Shown here piece after piece: positions 19,117 through 30,177 of a stretch of 64,000 nt of DNA (within the stretch, counting starts at the first letter, position 1; each line of letters opens with the position of its first letter). The DNA lies in IMG/VR virus record IMGVR_UViG_3300032268_000694, positions 32,001 to 96,000 of that record; one strand, 5' to 3'. Below the pieces are notes generated by a model. It had not been told where the DNA came from and made no database searches. It worked only from the letters and a program-made list of their open reading frames with translations. Source of the DNA: a virus. A program made the position numbers and the translations under genes.

Positions 19117-20712
19117 ATGAACGTACAACAATTATTAGAATCTTCAAACCAATACAAAACTGTAATGGAAGATTCAAAAAAATTGTCTAGTAAGTGGGAA
19201 AAATCAGGCCTTTTAGAAGGTATCAAATCCACTACAGACAAGAACACAATGGCTATGCTATTGGAAAACCAAGCTAAGCAGTTAGTAACTGAAGCTTCTC
19301 AAACAGGTGGACAAGCATCTGGTGCTGGTGCATATTCTGGTGAAAGCTGGAATGGTGTTGCTTTACCATTGGTTCGCCGTGTATTCGGTGAAATCGCTGC
19401 TAAAGAATTCGTTAGCGTACAACCTATGAACTTACCTTCAGGTCTTGTATTCTATCTTGATTTCAAATACGGTACTAATGAATCTCCTTTCACTGCTGGT
19501 AGCTCTTTATATGGTGCTTCTACAACAAACAACGTAACAGTTCCTACTTCTCAATCATTATATGGTGCTGGTCGTTTTGGTTATTCAATCAACCAATACT
19601 CAGCTTCTATAGGTGCTGTAAGTTCTTCAGTATCTTTTGCTGATGTTAACTTTAACTCAGATTACATTGTAACTGGTTCTTTCAAGAAAGTATTAGTTCC
19701 ATTACCAACTAACGCTGATTTAAACGCTGTTAGATCATTTGTATTCACTACAGGTTCAATCGGTGCTACAGATATCATCCAACAATTTACTACAGTATCT
19801 AGCAATACTGCTTCTTTCGTTGTTACAGCTTCTTTATTACCAAACGCTTCTACTTTAGGTAATGTTATTTTATTCTACTCTGTTCAACCTACATCAGAAA
19901 CTCGTGGTGATTTTGAAGATGGTGCAACTAAAACAAACAGTGGTACAACAATCGCTATCCCAGAAATTAACGTTCAGTTAAAATCTGAAGCAATCGTTGC
20001 TAAGACTCGTAAATTGAAAGCACAATGGACTCCGGAATTCGCTCAAGATCTTAACGCTTATCATAGCGTAGATGCTGAAGCTGAATTAACTGGTATCTTA
20101 TCTCAGTACATTTCTATGGAAATTGATCTTGAGATCTTAGATATGTTAATCCAAAACGCTTACACAACTGAAAGATGGTCTGCAGTTAACAACCAATCTA
20201 TAAGCGCTGCGGGTGTTGTAACCCAAAACTCAGCAACTACTGGTGGTTTTTATAACACACAAGGTGGTTGGTTCCAAACTTTAGGTACAAAATTACAAAA
20301 AGTATCTAACACAATTCATCAGTTAACTTTAAGAGGTGGTGCTAATTTCTTAGTTACTTCTCCTACAGTTGCAACTATCTTAGAATCTATCCCTGGATTC
20401 GCTGCAGATGGTGATGGTGAGAAAATGGAATTTAACTTTGGTATCCAAAAGGTTGGTTCTTTAAACAGTCGTTACAAGGTTTACAAAAACCCTTACATGA
20501 CTGAGAACGTAATCTTAATGGGTTACAAAGGTGCTCAATTCTTAGAGTGTGGTGCTGTATTTGCTCCATATGTTCCATTGATCATGACTCCATTATTATA
20601 CGATCCGGCTACATTTACTCCACGTAAAGGTCTTATGACTCGTTACGCGAAGAAAATGATCCGTCCTGATTATTATGGTAAGGTGTTTGTTAGTGGTTTA
20701 GAAACAGTTTAA
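19117..20712 (+). CDS. Major capsid protein (T4 gp23-like)
   Basis: LLENQ, VSVQPMNLPSGLVFY, TRKLKAQWTPEFAQDL, APYVPL, GLMTRY. Confidence 0.97.
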   Translation: MNVQQLLESSNQYKTVMEDSKKLSSKWEKSGLLEGIKSTTDKNTMAMLLENQAKQLVTEASQTGGQASGAGAYSGESWNGVALPLVRRVFGEIAAKEFVSVQPMNLPSGLVFYLDFKYGTNESPFTAGSSLYGASTTNNVTVPTSQSLYGAGRFGYSINQYSASIGAVSSSVSFADVNFNSDYIVTGSFKKVLVPLPTNADLNAVRSFVFTTGSIGATDIIQQFTTVSSNTASFVVTASLLPNASTLGNVILFYSVQPTSETRGDFEDGATKTNSGTTIAIPEINVQLKSEAIVAKTRKLKAQWTPEFAQDLNAYHSVDAEAELTGILSQYISMEIDLEILDMLIQNAYTTERWSAVNNQSISAAGVVTQNSATTGGFYNTQGGWFQTLGTKLQKVSNTIHQLTLRGGANFLVTSPTVATILESIPGFAADGDGEKMEFNFGIQKVGSLNSRYKVYKNPYMTENVILMGYKGAQFLECGAVFAPYVPLIMTPLLYDPATFTPRKGLMTRYAKKMIRPDYYGKVFVSGLETV

Positions 20713-20751
20713 TTTTAGACTAATATAGTATAGCCCCGTAAGGCTTAAATT

Positions 20752-20782
20752 GAGACTCGAGCGCAAGCTCGGGTCTCTTTTT
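20752..20782 (+). terminator. Rho-independent terminator after the capsid gene
   Basis: GAGACTCGAGC-GCAA-GCTCGGGTCTC-TTTTT. Confidence 0.9.
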
Positions 20783-20812
20783 GCATATGTATTGATAACC
20801 AAATCGTTATAC

Positions 20813-21481
20813 ATGCGTGAACCTAATCGCGAAAGAAAAACTGAAATTAAGTCTATAAACGCTTTACAGTTAAACGAAGAGCAAAAAGAGGCAAAAAGAT
20901 TAATAATTGAAAACCAAATAGTGGTTATAACGGGTAGAGCTGGTAGTGGTAAATCATTAGTATGTGCTCAAGCAGCCTTAGATTTTCTTAAGAAAAAACA
21001 AATCGAGTGTATTTACAATACACGTGCTGCTGTGGAAGTTGGTAAATCATTAGGATTTTTGCCTGGAGATATCAATGGTAAATTTGATCCATATATGGAA
21101 GCACTTATTGAAAACCTAAACAAATGTTGTTCAGATAAAAAGGAAGTAACTAAACTAATTGAAGATAATAAAGTTAAAGCATTACCAGTCCAGTTCATCC
21201 GTGGTAAAACTATTGACGATATTCTGATAGTCGAGGAAGCACAAAACCTAACCAAAGGTGAGATGCTAGCTATATTGACACGCCTAGGCAAAACAGGTAA
21301 AATTGTTATTAACGGCGACAACGAACAGACCGATATCAAATCATTAACAGGCGAAATCAACGGCTTAAGTTACGTTATCGAATTATCCAAAAAACTTGAG
21401 GAAATCAAGTGGATTAAGCTGAAAGAGAACCACCGCTCTGATTTAGTAGGTAAGATACTCGAATTTGAATATGGAAAGTAG
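20813..21481 (+). CDS. phoH: PhoH-like ATPase
   Basis: GRAGSGKS, LGFLPG, IRGKT, EEAQN, LTRLG, NGDNEQTD, NHRS; start moved to ATG 20813. Confidence 0.92.
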   Translation: MREPNRERKTEIKSINALQLNEEQKEAKRLIIENQIVVITGRAGSGKSLVCAQAALDFLKKKQIECIYNTRAAVEVGKSLGFLPGDINGKFDPYMEALIENLNKCCSDKKEVTKLIEDNKVKALPVQFIRGKTIDDILIVEEAQNLTKGEMLAILTRLGKTGKIVINGDNEQTDIKSLTGEINGLSYVIELSKKLEEIKWIKLKENHRSDLVGKILEFEYGK

Positions 21482-21538
21482 TAACTAACCAATATTTATA
21501 CGTGTTAAATACTACTCAAACAATAAGGAACTTATAAT

Positions 21539-23533
21539 ATGGCGAAAATTGCCCAAAACATTAAAAATCTATACGACGTATACAACGGCGATTCTAGAAG
21601 ATTTCTACCAATTATTGCTGGTAATACCCCGTTTGGGTACTATGATAACGATACAGAATTTGTAAGAGATGCTAGACGTGTATGTGGATTTGTTGCTATT
21701 CATTTAGGTGTTGGTGGATTAAAATTAACACCCATAAAAGCAGTCAGTGACATGACTGTACTTGCTACTTTTGAAGAAGCAGTTACCACTTATGGTAACA
21801 TGGTTTACCAATACAAAATTAGAGATAACTATATTAATATGGAAGGTGGTGATACATTACCTTTTATGAATAATACTAATACATTTGTTCTTAGTACTGA
21901 AATTGGTTCTCCTGTAAGATGGTCTTCAACTAGAAAAGCAACATTTAAAGAAATTGAATATGATATCGCCTACTCTCAATCAGTTGTAGATGGTGAAATT
22001 TATTGTATATCATCATCTGTATCTGACTATATTGCTCCTGATTTTGATTATATTAAATCATTTGGTTTTTCATCACCATACTCTAGTTCATTGTATGGTT
22101 CTACTTTAAATTTAAATCAATATATTAATAATCAATTTAATAGAATTGGTGGTCCTACTATTTCAACTCCTTATTATAATCCTGCAAGTGGTTCTTTTGA
22201 TTTTAGTTCTTTTACAGCTGCTAATAGCATTTTCTCAATTACAGGTAGTAATACAGTTAAAATAGAATTTAAAGTAACAGCATCAGCTGAAACTGATACT
22301 GCAACTATTTTCTATGTACCTACAGGTAGCACATCAGCACTTACAGCACAAAATATTGCAAATAAGATAACAAATGTTTCTTTAGGTACCTTTGGCACAT
22401 CAGTAGCAGTAACAACAGGATCAACACCCACAACATTGTTGTTTACTTCATCATTATCTCTTAACTATAATATAGTTAATTATAAAGTAAATAGCACCTC
22501 TATATTTTCCAATATAACATCAGGTTCAAATTATGAAATAACAGAAGGTAATACATTCGTTTATTATTTCCCTACTACTCCTTTAATGCAAAGTGGATCA
22601 AATGTATTTGGTACTGGATCTATTCCAACAACATACATTCAATCTAACCTAAACCCATCATTAAATGATAAAATAATAAGTAATAACCTTACTACTATAA
22701 CATCAGTTATTTCTGATGGTTATGGTGCTGAGGCTGGAGTTGGTGGTAAATATAATGTTAAAAAAGGAATATTACATTGTCAATCTGGGGTGCAAGATTA
22801 TGATTTAAACGCTTGGGCTGCTGATTCTGCTTCTTTAAGTGGTAGTGGAGATCGTATTGAAATTAAAAGAGTATTCTTTGAAGAAGAACCAGCAATTGCT
22901 CGTTACTTTGATCCGTATGCTGGTACAGGTACTGGTATTCAATCATTACTTGAAACATTTGGATTTGGTCAATTTTCTCCTGGTATTAACTTCTTATTAA
23001 TGCCTATTTCATTTGATGCTATGAAGCTTCAAGCAATTGAATTGAATGATCAAATTAGAAAATCAGCTTATTCATTTGATTTAATAAACAACCAATTAAG
23101 AATATTTCCTGTTCCTCATGGAGATAGAAAATTATTTTTTGAATATGTTACTATAAGTCAGAAGAATGAAATTGTTAGAGATAACAGACCTAACATTGTT
23201 ACTGATATAATGAATGTTCCTTATAGAAATCCAATCTATACGAACATTAATACTGTTGGTAGATTATGGATCTTTAGATATGCAGCAGCATTATGTAAAG
23301 AAATAGAAGGTGAAACAACTGCAAGACTTGACTATGGAGTTCAGGGTCAACCATATGCTAAAGGTGGTGAAATGTTAACAACTGCTAGAACAGAAAAAGA
23401 AAGTCTAATTACCGAACTAAAGGAAATGTTGAATGAAACATCTCGTAGAAATCAACTAGAAAGAAAACAACTAGAATCACAATATCTACGTGATACATTA
23501 CAACAAGTACCTTTACCAATCTATATATTGTAA
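21539..23533 (+). CDS. Neck/head-completion protein (gp13-like) with a Ser/Thr-rich insertion
   Basis: TPFGYYD N-terminus, C-terminal ...VPLPIY, position after capsid and PhoH. Confidence 0.65.
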   Translation: MAKIAQNIKNLYDVYNGDSRRFLPIIAGNTPFGYYDNDTEFVRDARRVCGFVAIHLGVGGLKLTPIKAVSDMTVLATFEEAVTTYGNMVYQYKIRDNYINMEGGDTLPFMNNTNTFVLSTEIGSPVRWSSTRKATFKEIEYDIAYSQSVVDGEIYCISSSVSDYIAPDFDYIKSFGFSSPYSSSLYGSTLNLNQYINNQFNRIGGPTISTPYYNPASGSFDFSSFTAANSIFSITGSNTVKIEFKVTASAETDTATIFYVPTGSTSALTAQNIANKITNVSLGTFGTSVAVTTGSTPTTLLFTSSLSLNYNIVNYKVNSTSIFSNITSGSNYEITEGNTFVYYFPTTPLMQSGSNVFGTGSIPTTYIQSNLNPSLNDKIISNNLTTITSVISDGYGAEAGVGGKYNVKKGILHCQSGVQDYDLNAWAADSASLSGSGDRIEIKRVFFEEEPAIARYFDPYAGTGTGIQSLLETFGFGQFSPGINFLLMPISFDAMKLQAIELNDQIRKSAYSFDLINNQLRIFPVPHGDRKLFFEYVTISQKNEIVRDNRPNIVTDIMNVPYRNPIYTNINTVGRLWIFRYAAALCKEIEGETTARLDYGVQGQPYAKGGEMLTTARTEKESLITELKEMLNETSRRNQLERKQLESQYLRDTLQQVPLPIYIL

Positions 23534-24156
23534 TGAGATTATCATTTTATCCTATATTACAATACTTTGATGGGATTGGAGATCTAAAACCAGTAGACGA
23601 ACAACCATCTGATCCAAATCTTGGAGACCCTGAACCACCTGAAGGTGGTGCAGGTACTGGAGCAGAAGTTCCATCTGGTGGTCTCCCAGACCCAATTGGT
23701 GGTGGAGTTCGAGGAAAAGATGATCCAGCCCCAGGAGATGATATACCAACATTTTCAAAGGTTCAATATTATAAGATTGATTTGTATAACACTAAATCAA
23801 ATCTTTATGGTGAGTCAACAGAAAAGTGGTATTATCCTCCATATACTTTAAATTGTAATGTTGAAAGAAGTGATATTACTTTTACAGATACTGAATATGG
23901 TGTTGATGAAAATCAAACATGTACTTTGTTTGTTAAACATATAGATCTTGTTACTCTTGATATAACACCAGAAGTTGGGGACATATTTGTAGAGGTAGGA
24001 AGACATTTTGAAGTAAATGGAGTAAATAGAGTATTACAACCAGATCAAGCTTTAGGATTTCAAATAGATGGATCACCATTTTACATTGTAAACTATGTTA
24101 TAACTGGATATTTAACAAGAACAAGTAAATTAAACTTAGTAAAATATAGCTCATAA
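23533..24156 (+). CDS. Head-closure/neck protein (gp14-like)
   Basis: NLYGES and PEVGDI motifs; Pro/Gly-rich N-terminal insertion. Confidence 0.6.
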   Translation: MRLSFYPILQYFDGIGDLKPVDEQPSDPNLGDPEPPEGGAGTGAEVPSGGLPDPIGGGVRGKDDPAPGDDIPTFSKVQYYKIDLYNTKSNLYGESTEKWYYPPYTLNCNVERSDITFTDTEYGVDENQTCTLFVKHIDLVTLDITPEVGDIFVEVGRHFEVNGVNRVLQPDQALGFQIDGSPFYIVNYVITGYLTRTSKLNLVKYSS

Positions 24157-24497
24157 TGGGATTATTAGGTAAAATATTATTAAACGAAGGCATAACTATT
24201 TTTAAATGTGATATCCTTGTAAAAACATCTGCCGACCAAAATAAGGTAGAAATTTATAATGAGATTAGAGCATTAGAAAATGTTGTAGTTGTTACTATTG
24301 AACAAAGTGATTTTTTAAATAGAAAAGCAACTGATCAACACGAGTATTCTTTATTAAAATTAAAGTATATTGGTAGAGGCGATGCTAAATCATCAATTAA
24401 AGAAATTGGTATTGATGCTGTAACTAAAAACAGAGTACCGGGATTATTACAGTTTATTCCTCGTTATGATACAATTGTTAAAGTGGGATCTTATTAA
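24156..24497 (+). CDS. Hypothetical protein
   Basis: ORF track; MGLLGKILLNE leader. Confidence 0.55.
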   Translation: MGLLGKILLNEGITIFKCDILVKTSADQNKVEIYNEIRALENVVVVTIEQSDFLNRKATDQHEYSLLKLKYIGRGDAKSSIKEIGIDAVTKNRVPGLLQFIPRYDTIVKVGSY

Positions 24498-24506
24498 AAA
24501 TAATAA

Positions 24507-25772
24507 ATGAGAGATAGAAAACCAATACCTAAAAACAGTTCTAAAATTACTCAGGAAGCTCTAAGCAATGCTTATCTTGCTTCACAAGGTAAACCAACTA
24601 GTGATTCTATTGCTCAAAGACACGAGAATAGAGCATTACAAACTACTCGCAAAACGGATAAGGTAAAGGATATTTCTATTGGTTTAGAAGATATTGATCA
24701 TGCTATCAAACACTATTTTGATAATGTTATCAAACCTACAGTAATGCAGGATGGACAGAGAATAGATGTTCCTGTTAGATATGCCTCACCTGAACGTTGG
24801 AAATCAGTACAACAAGATGGGTATTATAGAGATACTAATGGTAAATTAGTATTACCTGTTATCATGTATAAGAGAGATAGCGTTGAAAAAAATAGAACAT
24901 TAGGTAACAAAATAGATGGTAATTTAGCATCATTATTTCAGGTATTTGAAACTAGATATAATCAAAGAAATCAATATGATAAATTTTCTATTTTAAATAA
25001 TAGAATACCATCAAAACAATATTATGTTTCTGTTGTACCTGACTATGTAACTATTAATTATTCAGTTTCTATATTTACAAACTACGTAGAACAAAACAAT
25101 AAAATTATTGAAGCGATAGAATTTGCTTCTGATTCATATTGGGGACAAGAAAATAGATGGCATTTTAGAACAATGCTAGATAGCTTCTCTACCACAAACA
25201 TTATTAATAGTGGTGAGGATAAAGCAGCAGTAACTACTGTTACTTTAAAGGTAAATGGTTATCTAATAGCTGATAGTGTTAATAAACATTTAGCTGATAC
25301 AAGTATGCATTACTCACCAGCTCAAATTATATTTGGTTTAGAAGTTGTTGATAACCCAACAGAAAACTTTAATGCAGCTTCACAAATAGCAGCATCACAA
25401 GGTGGTGGCCAAACATCATTTGTGGGTGGTGGCTCTAACGTTACTAATATTAATAACAATGCATTAAATGATGCTATAACAACATATTTAAACCTAAACA
25501 ATGCTATGACCTCAGTCATTGTAAATGGATCGGGCACTACAGTAACATACCCTAATGCTTCAGTAGTACAACCACCAGCAGGATCAAACATTGCTGGAAC
25601 AACTCTATTAAGTTTTTCATTTTATGCTGGTCCTTTATTAATATCATTAAACGATATTTCTAACTTTTATGAAGACAGTGGTAATATTTATTTAGTAATA
25701 AATCCATCTACATTAGGATATAACTTAATAGGTAAACAAGTTACAATGATAGGTAAATTTCAACAAAACTAG
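24507..25772 (+). CDS. Tail terminator/sheath stabiliser (gp15-like) with C-terminal extension
   Basis: VPVRYASPERW, LPVI, PDYVTINY; position in the neck module. Confidence 0.65.
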   Translation: MRDRKPIPKNSSKITQEALSNAYLASQGKPTSDSIAQRHENRALQTTRKTDKVKDISIGLEDIDHAIKHYFDNVIKPTVMQDGQRIDVPVRYASPERWKSVQQDGYYRDTNGKLVLPVIMYKRDSVEKNRTLGNKIDGNLASLFQVFETRYNQRNQYDKFSILNNRIPSKQYYVSVVPDYVTINYSVSIFTNYVEQNNKIIEAIEFASDSYWGQENRWHFRTMLDSFSTTNIINSGEDKAAVTTVTLKVNGYLIADSVNKHLADTSMHYSPAQIIFGLEVVDNPTENFNAASQIAASQGGGQTSFVGGGSNVTNINNNALNDAITTYLNLNNAMTSVIVNGSGTTVTYPNASVVQPPAGSNIAGTTLLSFSFYAGPLLISLNDISNFYEDSGNIYLVINPSTLGYNLIGKQVTMIGKFQQN

Positions 25773-25788
25773 GTAAATTTTAATAACA

Positions 25789-25992
25789 ATGGCTTTAATA
25801 ACATTAGATCAAATATTATTACCTTTACGTTACAATAGTGGAAGTGGTGTGCTAGAACTCGCCGCTGATAGCTTTAAAACAGCTAGCTTTACTGAATTCA
25901 GAATAAGTGGATCTGTTGTATCTTCAGGATCAGTTTATATTGTACAATCAGGTTCACTAGAAGGCAACCCAGTAGACGGGGGGTCGTTCTAA
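25789..25992 (+). CDS. Small SGS-rich structural protein
   Basis: Four SGS motifs; C-terminal VDGGSF typical of fibre modules. Confidence 0.55.
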   Translation: MALITLDQILLPLRYNSGSGVLELAADSFKTASFTEFRISGSVVSSGSVYIVQSGSLEGNPVDGGSF

Positions 25993-26062
25993 GTCATATT
26001 TATATGCGGCTTATATAAGTCGTAGAATCCTGGTATATACCAATTAAATAGGATCCATAGAT

Positions 26063-26977
26063 ATGGCAGTTAACATTAAATTAAAACGTAGTAACGTTGC
26101 AGGGACTATCCCTAGTCCAGCTTCATTAGATTTAGGTGAATTAGCGCTTAATACCGCTGATGGTAAAGCCTTCATGAAAAAAAGTGATGGTAATGTAGTA
26201 GAAATAGGGTCATCACCATCTTCTTCAATTTCTGCCTCTTACGCTAATACTGCGGGATTCGCCATAACTGCTGGATCTGCTAGTTATTCTAATATATCAA
26301 CAACATCTTCCTATTCATTAGTTGCTGTTTCTTCCTCATATGCTTTAACCGCATCTTTTACCCCAGGATCAGGTACAGCTATTAGTTCATCTTATGCTGC
26401 AACAGCCTCATCTGCTGATAATTTCTTAGTAAGAGGTACATTAACTGCCCAAACTATTGTTGCTCAATATATTACTTCTTCAACAAGCTTTATTACTGGT
26501 TCTACTAAGTTTGGAACCTTATCTTCAAATACTCATGAATTCACAGGTAGTGTTTCCATTAGTGGATCCTTATCCGTTAGCGGCTCTAATGTAATTTTAT
26601 CCAATCAGACATCTTCAATGTCTGTTGCTACAGCATCTTTTGCTACAACTGCATCTTATGTCAATGGATTAAACCTAGCCGCAATTACAACAGGTAGTAT
26701 TTTTGCCGGTGTTGATGTTAACATTAACAGTTTATTCTTAATAAAATCAGGCAGTTCTACATACTTTAACATAGCTAGTAATAGTAATACTACAGTATCT
26801 AGTGACTTATTTATAATTAAAAACTTTACAACCCAACAACCAGTATTAACAGTAAGCCAAAGTATAGTACAATTTGCAACCCAATCATTAGATCCTACAG
26901 GAACAACAACTGCAGGAAGCATTTGGTTTACTTCTTCATCAATGTATATTGGCCTTGAAGAATTTAATATTTATTAA
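26063..26977 (+). CDS. Fibre-like protein
   Basis: IKLKRS...LDLGELALNTADGK fibre N-terminus; SASYA repeats; TGSTKFG..THEFTGS module. Confidence 0.7.
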   Translation: MAVNIKLKRSNVAGTIPSPASLDLGELALNTADGKAFMKKSDGNVVEIGSSPSSSISASYANTAGFAITAGSASYSNISTTSSYSLVAVSSSYALTASFTPGSGTAISSSYAATASSADNFLVRGTLTAQTIVAQYITSSTSFITGSTKFGTLSSNTHEFTGSVSISGSLSVSGSNVILSNQTSSMSVATASFATTASYVNGLNLAAITTGSIFAGVDVNINSLFLIKSGSSTYFNIASNSNTTVSSDLFIIKNFTTQQPVLTVSQSIVQFATQSLDPTGTTTAGSIWFTSSSMYIGLEEFNIY

Positions 26978-27004
26978 TATAACCATAAAACAAACAATAA
27001 TATA

Positions 27005-28264
27005 ATGGCAACTTGGAAAAAAGTCATAGTCTCTGGTAGTAATGCCGAACTTAATCAATTGAATGTTGGAAGCACCCAACAAATATCTATTACACCATCA
27101 TCTACTTTTTTATCAGGTTCATTTAGTGGATCTTTTAATGGAGCACTTAAATCACAACTTGCTAATGCAACTCAACCTAATATTGTTGGATATGATGTAT
27201 CAACTGGTACATTTACCTATCAAGGAACTGGATCATTCGTAGCAACTAGTGCCTCATATGCGGCTAATGCTGACTTGTTGGATGGATTAGATTCAAGTGC
27301 TTTTACATCTACTGGCTCTTTTCAATCATTTACAAGTTCAATTAACACAACAACAGCATCTTTTGCTTTAAGATTAGGAAGTTTAGAATCAGCAACTTCA
27401 TCACTATTTAGTGCTACTGCTTCATTAAATAACTATACTGCATCTCAAAATATATTAAATGGTACCTTTGCAACTACAGGTTCGAATAATTTTATAGGTA
27501 ATCAGACAATAACTGGTAGTTTTTCAATATCCGGTTCATTATCAGTTAATAATTCTAATGTAATATTAACTAATCAGACATCTTCAATGTCTGTTGCAAC
27601 AGCTTCATTTGCATCAACTGCAGCTCAAGTTAATAATGCTTTATCCTTTGGTACAGGTTTAACAGGAGGATCTTATAATGGTTCTACTGCTGTAACAACT
27701 GCTATCTCGGGTGCTGCTGCCTTATCATCTAATGTTCTTACTAAATGGACTGGTACTGGATTAGCTAATAGTAATATTACAGATACTGGTACTCAAGTAC
27801 AAATTGGATCTGGTGCCTCTGGTGGTGTGTCAGTTGCTGCGGGTGGTATTAACGTAACAGGTAACTCAATATTTAATAGTAATTTAACGATAAGTGGTGA
27901 CTTAACAGTAGCAGGTACTGCTTCTTTTACTAATACTGATAACTTAACTATTAAAGATAAATTTATATTAATTAATAGTGGTTCATCAACATTAGCAGAT
28001 TCAGGATGGATTACTCAATATAATGCTGCTGGTTCTGGCTCTGCTTTTTATTTAGAGGCTGCTTCAACTGGTGATTATGGTCGTTTTGCAGTAGCTTATG
28101 ATGTTATAGGAACATCAACTGCCTTAACAGTAGATCAATTTGTAGTAACTGCTAAAACAGCAGCTGGTGCCCCATCAGCAGATCCAACTTGGGGTGGTGC
28201 TACAAATGGATATGGTAATATGTTTATTAATAGCTCAAATGGTGACATATATATCTATTCATAA
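27005..28264 (+). CDS. Fibre-like protein (WKKVIVSGS family)
   Basis: Ser/Thr/Gly-rich; NADLLDGLDS motif; N-terminus shared with the 28828 gene. Confidence 0.7.
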   Translation: MATWKKVIVSGSNAELNQLNVGSTQQISITPSSTFLSGSFSGSFNGALKSQLANATQPNIVGYDVSTGTFTYQGTGSFVATSASYAANADLLDGLDSSAFTSTGSFQSFTSSINTTTASFALRLGSLESATSSLFSATASLNNYTASQNILNGTFATTGSNNFIGNQTITGSFSISGSLSVNNSNVILTNQTSSMSVATASFASTAAQVNNALSFGTGLTGGSYNGSTAVTTAISGAAALSSNVLTKWTGTGLANSNITDTGTQVQIGSGASGGVSVAAGGINVTGNSIFNSNLTISGDLTVAGTASFTNTDNLTIKDKFILINSGSSTLADSGWITQYNAAGSGSAFYLEAASTGDYGRFAVAYDVIGTSTALTVDQFVVTAKTAAGAPSADPTWGGATNGYGNMFINSSNGDIYIYS

Positions 28265-28282
28265 AAAAAACTAAAACTAGTT

Positions 28283-28489
28283 ATGGCTTTTACATCAAAT
28301 CAATTAGTTGTAAATAATATTCCAACACAAAATAACCAGCCAACTCCAGACATTAATCAATTAAGTGTCCAGGAGTTGGCTTTTTTGCTTGATATTATAA
28401 GAAAATCATCTTTCCTTGGAGAACACATAGAGTTTGCGTATAATACTGTTGTTAAACTACAGAATCAATATTTACAACAAACTAAATAA
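28283..28489 (+). CDS. Small helical protein, possible fibre chaperone
   Basis: ORF track; lies between fibre genes. Confidence 0.5.
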   Translation: MAFTSNQLVVNNIPTQNNQPTPDINQLSVQELAFLLDIIRKSSFLGEHIEFAYNTVVKLQNQYLQQTK

Positions 28490-28491
28490 CA

Positions 28492-28725
28492 ATGGATTTA
28501 TTTTCCTTAGATTTTACTCCAAATGAATTAAATTTCATTAGACAATCTCTTGACTTAGTAACTATAAAAGGCACTGATGCTAAATTTCTAGCAGATCTTC
28601 AACTTAAGATTGAAAACGAATTAATTGAAATTCAACGTCTTATTCAACAAGAACAGCAACAAAAAGAGGATATATTAAAGCAAATCATTGCTGATGATAC
28701 ACCACCTTTACCATCTAAGAAATAA
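28492..28725 (+). CDS. Small coiled-coil protein, possible fibre chaperone
   Basis: ORF track; resembles the preceding gene (ELxF...I.G...LQ). Confidence 0.5.
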   Translation: MDLFSLDFTPNELNFIRQSLDLVTIKGTDAKFLADLQLKIENELIEIQRLIQQEQQQKEDILKQIIADDTPPLPSKK

Positions 28726-28748
28726 TTTTAGTATATTTATACTAAACA

Positions 28749-28813
28749 TACTGTAGGCCATAATAAGGAAGTAGGCATATACACGGCATAAGTGTATGTA
28801 TCTAACCACAGTA
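28749..28813 (+). ncRNA. Putative structured 5' leader RNA (three-way junction)
   Basis: TACTGT/ACAGTA closing stem, CC/GG hairpin, ATATACAC/GTGTATGT hairpin; lies between ATATTTAT (28733) and ATG 28828. Confidence 0.5.
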
Positions 28814-28827
28814 GCAAAATATATACA

Positions 28828-30177
28828 ATGCCCAATTGGAAAAAAGTCATCGTTTCTGGCTCGGATGCTAGTCTGAATTCCCTAAATGTATCTAATGGAA
28901 TTACTCTAACAGGATCTTTAGGAATAAGTGGATCTACTGGCACTTTACTTTCAGCCAATGTTGATACTATTATATTTACAGGCTCAGCAGCAATATCAGG
29001 TACACTAAATGTTACAAATGGCATAACAGGCTCATTATTAGGAACTGCTTCATTTTCTCAAACAGCATCTTATTGGAGTGGATCTATTAATAATGCATTA
29101 AGTGCATCATTTGCATCAACTGCTTCATTTGTAGCAAATGCTCAAACAGCATCTTTTGTTAATAATGCAGTTTCATCATCATATGCTCTAACAGCTTCGT
29201 TTGCATTAAATGCAGGAGGAGGAGGAGGAACAACAAGCACTTTTCCTTATATCCACCCCACGACAATAACAGGAAGTATTTCAATTCCTGATAATCATAA
29301 TGGATTGTTAATGAGTCCTGTCTCAATATCCGGAAGTGTTACTATTATGTCTGGGTCTAGTTTATTAACTATAGGTCCTATTACTGGTAGTGTAAGTTCT
29401 TCATTTGCATCAACATCTTCATACTCAAACAACATAATAGGAGCTGCAAATTACATTCCTAAATTTACCGGAGGTAATACATTAAGTAGCAGCATAATGT
29501 ATCAAAACAACAATGGAATAGGTGTAAATGATACTTCGCCTACACACCGATTCCAGGTAAATGGAGATATATCCACCTACAATAGTAGCAATACATTAAA
29601 TTTAACAAAATATTCTTTAATAGGAGGCCTTAATTCTACAGTAACAGGCAGTGAAACAAATCAATATGCTAATACTGGTATATATGGTTCATTAGGACAT
29701 TCAGCAACTACAGGAACATTCACACCACAGGATAATTCATTTGTAAGTGCATTTTTTGGTCAGTTTTCTAAAAGTGGAGGTGGAAATGTTTCTGGTAAAG
29801 TATCCTCATATGCAGCCATATCTAACCTTGCTGGTTCTGGTAGCGTAACAACAATATCTGGGTTTAGAGCTTATGCTCCACTTCAATCATTTGCTTTACC
29901 ATCATTTACTGGTACTGTAACAAATTATATTGGTTTATTAATAGATGATATTACTGGAACTACAGATGTAGGTTCTCGAATTACTAACAAATACGGTATT
30001 TACCAAACAGGTATTTCTGATAAAAACTACCTTGCAGGTTCTACTACGATTAATAACGTATTACAGCTAGGACAACAACACCCACTACCATCAGGTTCTG
30101 ATGGACAATTAGCAGTTTCCGCTTCTAATTTGTATTTCTTCTCTGGCAGTGCATGGAATAAAATATCATTTGCATAA
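28828..30177 (+). CDS. Fibre-like protein (WKKVIVSGS family)
   Basis: MPNWKKVIVSGS start; (S/T)AS(F/Y) repeats; IGVNDTSPTHRFQVNG fibre motif. Confidence 0.7.
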   Translation: MPNWKKVIVSGSDASLNSLNVSNGITLTGSLGISGSTGTLLSANVDTIIFTGSAAISGTLNVTNGITGSLLGTASFSQTASYWSGSINNALSASFASTASFVANAQTASFVNNAVSSSYALTASFALNAGGGGGTTSTFPYIHPTTITGSISIPDNHNGLLMSPVSISGSVTIMSGSSLLTIGPITGSVSSSFASTSSYSNNIIGAANYIPKFTGGNTLSSSIMYQNNNGIGVNDTSPTHRFQVNGDISTYNSSNTLNLTKYSLIGGLNSTVTGSETNQYANTGIYGSLGHSATTGTFTPQDNSFVSAFFGQFSKSGGGNVSGKVSSYAAISNLAGSGSVTTISGFRAYAPLQSFALPSFTGTVTNYIGLLIDDITGTTDVGSRITNKYGIYQTGISDKNYLAGSTTINNVLQLGQQHPLPSGSDGQLAVSASNLYFFSGSAWNKISFA

